A stretch of 64,000 nucleotides of DNA from Desulfurivibrionaceae bacterium (GTDB taxonomy: Bacteria; Desulfobacterota; Desulfobulbia; Desulfobulbales; UBA5123), in the NCBI GenBank assembly GCA_030145325.1, contig JAQYVW010000008.1, forward strand, positions 160-64,159. The letters run 5' to 3'. Below, piece by piece: positions 58,809 to 64,000 of this stretch. The notes under the pieces are model-generated. The model saw nothing but the letters and a program-made list of their open reading frames with translations, was not told the origin of the DNA and did not search any database. How positions within the stretch are numbered: the stretch's first letter is position 1; each line of letters opens with the position of its first letter. Position numbers and translations under genes: made by a program.

Positions 58809-61037
58809 ATGAAAAGAAACAGGACATCATCCATTGACAACGACTTAGCCATACATGAGATGCTTGCTTCAAATCAATATGGGACATTCTTCGGAGTTTC
58901 TCAGGATGTGCTTGATCAGGTGTGGGCAAACTTGACAACCCCAGAAGGTGATTCTGTCACCTATGTATCCATGGAAATAGGTGCTGAACGCGATGTTTTT
59001 CATCCTATAAAACGCCGCCTGCAAGAACTTGAGGTAACTGACAGCACCGATCCTCAGTTAGATGATTTTATCAAAAGATTTCTCAATGGCCCCGAGAAGA
59101 TCCCTAACTACAGCGGCGGCTTGGGAGTTCTTGCCGGTGACACCCTGAAAAGTCTTGCCGATAGCAGAATTCCGGTCCTGGCCATCACCCTTCTCTACCG
59201 CAAGGGCTACTTTTCGCAGATCGTTGATTCAAACCTAGGTCAAATCGTCTGCACCTCCCAATGGAGCCCAGAAGAGACACCATCCCTGTATCTATTAAAA
59301 GACCCAGCCTCCCCTGATTTACCTTTGGAAATAGAGGTTCCCTTTTCAGACGGTCATAACAATAATATCATGGCTCGTGCGCAAGTATGGCTCAAAATGG
59401 AAGTAAATCACTGCCTGGATTTTTTTGTCCCGCACCTCCTGCTGGATTTCAGCATCTCATCCTCACCACAATGGATCAGAGAGACCGCTTTACATCTCTA
59501 TGACAGCAGTTCGGAAAAAACCAAGGCCATCCAGCGCCGCCTCCTGGGGGCAGGAATAGGCCCGGCCATGCAAGCTCTGGGCATCACTTCAAAAACCATC
59601 CACCTCAACGAACAGCACGGGGTAGTCATAGTTCTACACCTGATTGCCGAACAGTTACGCGCAACCCTTGGCGATGAATTTGAGCAAAACGCCAGCAACG
59701 ACGATATCTTAAGGGCTGCCGATAAGGTCTCGCAAAAAATCGTCTACACCATCCACACCCCGGTTAAGGCTGGTCATGATCGTTTCAACAAGGATATCTA
59801 TGCGGAGATCACTCCCCCCTTCAGCCAACGAGTACTAAACCTGATTGCTGAGGATAAAGAGGACCACCATCTTTACAATTTCACCGCCTTGGCAATGCGG
59901 GTCAACCGCGCCACCAACAGCGTCAGTCGCCTACATAAGGAAGTCACGCGCAAGCAATTCCCGGAATATGTGGACAAAATCACCGCTATAACCAACGGTG
60001 TCCATCACCTAACCTGGATAAGTGACGCCAAGGCAAAGCTATATGATTCCTTCCCTGAATTACAAAACTGGCGTATTGACCCCAGCGTTTTTGCCAATGC
60101 GGAACAGCTCAGAAGCAACAACAAGTTTCGCTCCTACTTGGAACAGGCCTGGCTGGAGGACTCCCGCCATTTGAGTTCCTATGTCGACGAGATGCTGGTG
60201 CTCCACCGCAACCAGATGCAAGAGACCTGGATCGACCCCCCGAACTATCTCTCTTACCTTGACGAAAAAGAACGTTTTCTTGATCCCACCGCTCTGACCA
60301 TCGGCTTTGCGCGCCGCTTTTCAACCTATAAACGTGCTGATTTGATTTTTGATAACCTTGATACCCTGGCCGAAATAATCAACCAGGCCAACAAGCCGGT
60401 AAATTTCATCTTTGCCGGTAAGGCACACCCTGAGGATGTACCGGGCCGAAACCTTATCAAGTCAATTCTTGATTATCAGAAGGACCTCTATCTCAGAACC
60501 AAGGGGTTAGCAAAAGTCATTTTTATCCCCGGTTATGATATGAAGATTGCCAAAATGATGGTGGCCGGCGTCCACGCCTGGCTTAACAGCCCCAAACGCC
60601 CCTTGGAGGCCAGCGGCACCAGCGGCATGAAAGCAGCCCTGAACGGCATTCCCAACATCAGCATTATCGACGGCTGGTGGGGGGAAGGCTACCACGAGGG
60701 TAAAACCGGTTGGAAATTCGGTTATGAAGGACCGGTTGATATAGAAGCACTGAGTGAATCACCATCTGACCTACTCTACGCTGAGGATGCCGCCTCCTTC
60801 TATCAACTGTTCCCACAGATCATCGATTCTTTCTACGACCCGGGACAGCGGGCGGAATATCTCGACAAATGCATTATGAACATTGCTCTTAATTGCCCCA
60901 TCTTCAACACCCACCGCATGGCGGCAGAATATCTGAACAGATACGAAATCAACCTCCCCAAACAGGTCAAGGCTCGCATCAAAAAATTTGCCAGTCTGTA
61001 CCAGAGTGACAAGGAAAGACGAAGGCATAAACGCTGA
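58809..61037 (+). CDS. glgP: Alpha-glucan (glycogen) phosphorylase
   Basis: Motifs YSGGLGVLAGD, HLNE, ITNGVH, GFARRFSTYKRA, AGKAHP and EASGTSGMKA. Confidence 0.94.
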   Translation: MKRNRTSSIDNDLAIHEMLASNQYGTFFGVSQDVLDQVWANLTTPEGDSVTYVSMEIGAERDVFHPIKRRLQELEVTDSTDPQLDDFIKRFLNGPEKIPNYSGGLGVLAGDTLKSLADSRIPVLAITLLYRKGYFSQIVDSNLGQIVCTSQWSPEETPSLYLLKDPASPDLPLEIEVPFSDGHNNNIMARAQVWLKMEVNHCLDFFVPHLLLDFSISSSPQWIRETALHLYDSSSEKTKAIQRRLLGAGIGPAMQALGITSKTIHLNEQHGVVIVLHLIAEQLRATLGDEFEQNASNDDILRAADKVSQKIVYTIHTPVKAGHDRFNKDIYAEITPPFSQRVLNLIAEDKEDHHLYNFTALAMRVNRATNSVSRLHKEVTRKQFPEYVDKITAITNGVHHLTWISDAKAKLYDSFPELQNWRIDPSVFANAEQLRSNNKFRSYLEQAWLEDSRHLSSYVDEMLVLHRNQMQETWIDPPNYLSYLDEKERFLDPTALTIGFARRFSTYKRADLIFDNLDTLAEIINQANKPVNFIFAGKAHPEDVPGRNLIKSILDYQKDLYLRTKGLAKVIFIPGYDMKIAKMMVAGVHAWLNSPKRPLEASGTSGMKAALNGIPNISIIDGWWGEGYHEGKTGWKFGYEGPVDIEALSESPSDLLYAEDAASFYQLFPQIIDSFYDPGQRAEYLDKCIMNIALNCPIFNTHRMAAEYLNRYEINLPKQVKARIKKFASLYQSDKERRRHKR

Positions 61038-61087
61038 ACAGAGTTCGCACCACACCATCAGCGCCATAAGCCAAAGGGACTAACCGC

Positions 61088-61921
61088 ATGTGGAAATCCA
61101 AAGATGTATATTACCTCTCCGACAGCACCGGCATTCTGGCCACCAATCTCGGCCAGTCACTTCTCTGCCAGTTCCCGGAAACGAACTTTCACGAAGAGAC
61201 CTTCGCCTTTATCCGAACCCCCCCCGAAGCAGAAAAGGTACTGGCCTATATCCTCAAAAATTCGGCGGCAAGAAGGCCGATCATTTTCAGTACCATCATG
61301 ACCGAGGAGGTTCTCAAGGTTTTTGACACTCCGGAAGTAGAATTTTTTGACGCCTATGATTTTTATCTTAAACGATTGGCAAATTGCCTGGAGGCAAAAC
61401 CGCTACGGGTACCCGGATATTCACGGCGCACTGACGACGTCGGGATGGCTAAACGGGCGGCGGCGATCAACTTCTGCCTTGAGCATGACGACGGCACCAA
61501 GATTGAGGAACTGGACGAAGCTGACGTTATTCTGCTGGGGGTCTCCAGGGCCGGCAAGACCCCGGTGAGCGTCTATCTCGCCACCCAGCACGGCCTTAAA
61601 TCCGCCAATTTCCCCCTCACCGTCGAATACCTGAACCAGTATCGACTGCCGGACGGCATCCGCCGGAACAGCCGTCGCGTCATAGGGCTTACCACCAGCG
61701 CGGAACTACTCCACAGTGTGCGGGAAAAAAGGTATCCAGACAGCAAGTACGCCAAGATGACCACCTGCATTGAAGAGATTCAGCAAGCGGAACAAATCTA
61801 CATGAAACACCACATCCCGATAATCAGAACCGCCAGCAAATCCATTGAGGAAATCGCCACCGAGGTCTTTCAGGAACTGGGACTCTCAAAAAAACCGATC
61901 AATCTGAATCATAACAGCTAA
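61088..61921 (+). CDS. ppsR: PEP synthase/pyruvate phosphate dikinase regulatory protein (DUF299)
   Basis: Motifs SDSTG, HDDG, GVSRAGKTPVSVYLA and SIEEIA. Confidence 0.93.
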   Translation: MWKSKDVYYLSDSTGILATNLGQSLLCQFPETNFHEETFAFIRTPPEAEKVLAYILKNSAARRPIIFSTIMTEEVLKVFDTPEVEFFDAYDFYLKRLANCLEAKPLRVPGYSRRTDDVGMAKRAAAINFCLEHDDGTKIEELDEADVILLGVSRAGKTPVSVYLATQHGLKSANFPLTVEYLNQYRLPDGIRRNSRRVIGLTTSAELLHSVREKRYPDSKYAKMTTCIEEIQQAEQIYMKHHIPIIRTASKSIEEIATEVFQELGLSKKPINLNHNS

Positions 61922-61925
61922 CAGA

Positions 61926-62807
61926 TCAAAGAGAGGCCCGCCGGAGAACAGCAAGACTGAGTCGTTGTTCTGGAGCAATCACCATGCCCATCTCTCCAGG
62001 ATAATGACACCCTCCCTGCATCCGGCTAAGACGATACAATTCACCAAATTGAAACGACCTTTCGGCACTGCCAAATCCAGCCAGCAACTCGCTGCCCCGG
62101 CGCACCGTATCCATCATCCGAAACGGCAACTGGGCATGGTAAGGGTGGCGGCATATTTCACCCCGGTGCTGGCCAACCGCCGTGACCAACAAAGCCAGAT
62201 CTTCTTCACTCACCCCCACTAACAAATTGGCCGCCCTTAGCGGTCGCCAAAACTCTGTTTCCACAACCATTATCTCCTCACCATAACTCTGTGAATAGAG
62301 CAACAGAGCCTCCAAACAGAGATGATGGGTACCGATATGGGTGGGATGCATATCATCGCCATGGGGAACCAGCACCAACTCGGGCTTCCTCGCCACCAGG
62401 ATATCAACAAGGGCCACAACCCATTTTTGCCATGCGAGAGGATCTTGATCTCGATTTTCGATGGTAACCCTATCAAAGGCAAGGGGGAGGCGAGCAAGTT
62501 GCCACTCCCAACCAAGAACAGTACACGCCGCAGCAAACTCCTCTAATCGTGATTCTTTTCGAGATGGCTCACTGCCCAGGGTGATAGCCACCGCTGTCAC
62601 CGGGCAGCCATCCTCCTGGCCCAGCCGAAGGGATAACGAACCGCACAGAGATTCATCATCAGGATGCGGCACACAGATCAATACCCCACCCGATCCGGCC
62701 ACAACTTGCCCACTTGCCACCGCCGTCGCAACCCGTAACTTTGGATCATAGGTGGCCGCCACCTTCTGCACATAGGAAAGCGCTTCGTCCTTATCCCCGC
62801 CAGCCAT
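61926..62807 (-). CDS. PIG-L/LmbE family deacetylase
   Basis: Motifs PHPDDE, R..E and DMHPTH. Confidence 0.85.
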   Translation of the reverse strand: MAGGDKDEALSYVQKVAATYDPKLRVATAVASGQVVAGSGGVLICVPHPDDESLCGSLSLRLGQEDGCPVTAVAITLGSEPSRKESRLEEFAAACTVLGWEWQLARLPLAFDRVTIENRDQDPLAWQKWVVALVDILVARKPELVLVPHGDDMHPTHIGTHHLCLEALLLYSQSYGEEIMVVETEFWRPLRAANLLVGVSEEDLALLVTAVGQHRGEICRHPYHAQLPFRMMDTVRRGSELLAGFGSAERSFQFGELYRLSRMQGGCHYPGEMGMVIAPEQRLSLAVLRRASL

Positions 62808-63619
62808 TACCCCACCTCAAGAACAGAGCCGGCAGCGGAACCCAAAACACCATTGGCCATCTGAATATGCCCTACTTGACGCCAATCCCGGTCAAGAAGA
62901 CCGGTACCAAAGGCATCCACGGCCACCGGATCAAAGCCTGCCACCAACATGTTCGGTGGCGGCTCGCAAGTTGCCCCCCACAGATGCGCCTCGCGCATGC
63001 CGACAGTGGCGTCAAGCAAGGTAAAATCTGGGGCACGATAACGATTGAGATCAAAGATCGCTTCCTGAATCCGCTCATGAATGGCCGCCTTCTTCCAATG
63101 TCCGCCCTGCTGATAATGGGCGGGAGGAGCAAGACCCATCATATTCTTCATGGTCAAGGTTACCCCGGCCAAGGTATGCGCCTTCAAAACCGGCACCGAA
63201 ATGAGGAAACTTTCAAAAACAATGGCTGGCAGATACATCTGTGGCCAGCGGCGACAGTCGGGATTACTGATGGAAATCAATTCAGCCTGATTAAGATCAA
63301 GAAGTTCAACCCCATAACGGCGTGACAAATCAAGGTATCCCAACTCAGCAAAGGAACGGTTGGTGTCATAGTCTTTTGAACCACAACCTTCGCCAATAAT
63401 AATCTCGGCCCCCGGCACCTTTTCTTGGAGATACTCGACCAAGGCCGCAATAAGCTCCACCGGAGTAGTGATCGGCGGCGGCAAAGGTTCCACTAAATTA
63501 GGTTTAATGAGAATCCGTCCCTGCCCTGGCAACTCCTCAGGCAGAAGGGTTGCCTCCAACAAAGAATAAAGGTCACGTCGCCAATCGCTACATCTCCGAA
63601 TCCAGACCGTATCTACCAT
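62807..63619 (-). CDS. DUF362 domain protein
   Basis: Motifs ILIKPNL, TT, IGEG, PVLKAH..AGVTLTMKN.MG and DPVAVD. Confidence 0.88.
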   Translation of the reverse strand: MVDTVWIRRCSDWRRDLYSLLEATLLPEELPGQGRILIKPNLVEPLPPPITTPVELIAALVEYLQEKVPGAEIIIGEGCGSKDYDTNRSFAELGYLDLSRRYGVELLDLNQAELISISNPDCRRWPQMYLPAIVFESFLISVPVLKAHTLAGVTLTMKNMMGLAPPAHYQQGGHWKKAAIHERIQEAIFDLNRYRAPDFTLLDATVGMREAHLWGATCEPPPNMLVAGFDPVAVDAFGTGLLDRDWRQVGHIQMANGVLGSAAGSVLEVG

Positions 63620-63906
63620 CTCAGCAAGCTCATTTTCTTCATCCTGTTAACCGCATTACCTCATCTTCGCAAATCCAGAGGCTGAAAACCTTACCTGAAA
63701 CAACTGAACCAGGCAATAAAGAGGTAAGGCAAGAAAAAACGTAACAGAAATTAAGATAACAACAAAGAGGGTCTCAATAGGAAGAGAAACAAGGCGAGAT
63801 GTTTCGACAAACACCTGGGGAGCACTTAACATCCAAACAAGTATAGGTAGACTGAGGATAAGCAGGATAAAAACGACAGATAAAAATTATTACGGAGCCA
63901 GCAAAC

Positions 63907-64000
63907 TTACAACAACGGGCCAAGGGAACTTTGCAATTGGGCGACCAAGGGCTGGGTCGTAACCGCCTGACCTTGATCCTTCATTGCGCCCTCGGCCGTC
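63907..64000 (-). CDS. 3' end of an unidentified CDS entering from the right edge
   Basis: Open frame ...TAEGAMKDQGQAVTTQPLVAQLQSSLGPLL-TAA(63909-63907). Too short to identify. Confidence 0.4.
   Translation of the reverse strand, partial: TAEGAMKDQGQAVTTQPLVAQLQSSLGPLL

Overview
This is a 64-kb chromosomal window from an anaerobic deltaproteobacterium. Gene content and order suggest Desulfobacterota, probably Desulfobulbales; this is an inference, not a database result. Most of it is housekeeping: pfkA, folC, a UvrD/PcrA helicase, ftsK and a long minus-strand run yceD-rpmF-plsX-fabH-[acyl-CoA dehydrogenase-etfB-etfA]-fabG-acpP-fabF-rpiB-glyA-dCMP deaminase-nrdR-ribD-ribE-ribBA-ribH-nusB-ftsK. 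It also carries an MCE transporter operon, PilZ proteins, two radical SAM enzymes, pal, skp, glgP and ppsR. Two candidate undescribed systems stand out. (1) A CarCDE/Bcd-EtfAB-type, apparently electron-bifurcating acyl-CoA dehydrogenase-EtfB-(ferredoxin)EtfA module sits between fabH and fabG, translationally coupled to fabG; it is a candidate new enoyl-ACP reductase for fatty acid synthesis. (2) A three-gene operon encodes a Slam/DUF560-like (type XI secretion) outer-membrane protein, a 2052-aa FecR-domain protein with three bilobed TbpB-like repeats, and a CHASE2 adenylate cyclase; it is a candidate surface-to-cAMP signalling system. Other observations: a HesB/IscA selenoprotein (in-frame UGA plus SECIS-like hairpin) truncated by the ORF track, a frameshifted sensor kinase, an orphan sigma-54 promoter with tandem palindromes, three MITE-like elements, inverted heptamer arrays, an output-less cNMP-PAS membrane protein in the MCE operon, and an RHH plus zinc-ribbon ParA pair. 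I saw no rRNA, tRNA, CRISPR array or transposase. All family calls come from motif recognition by eye.
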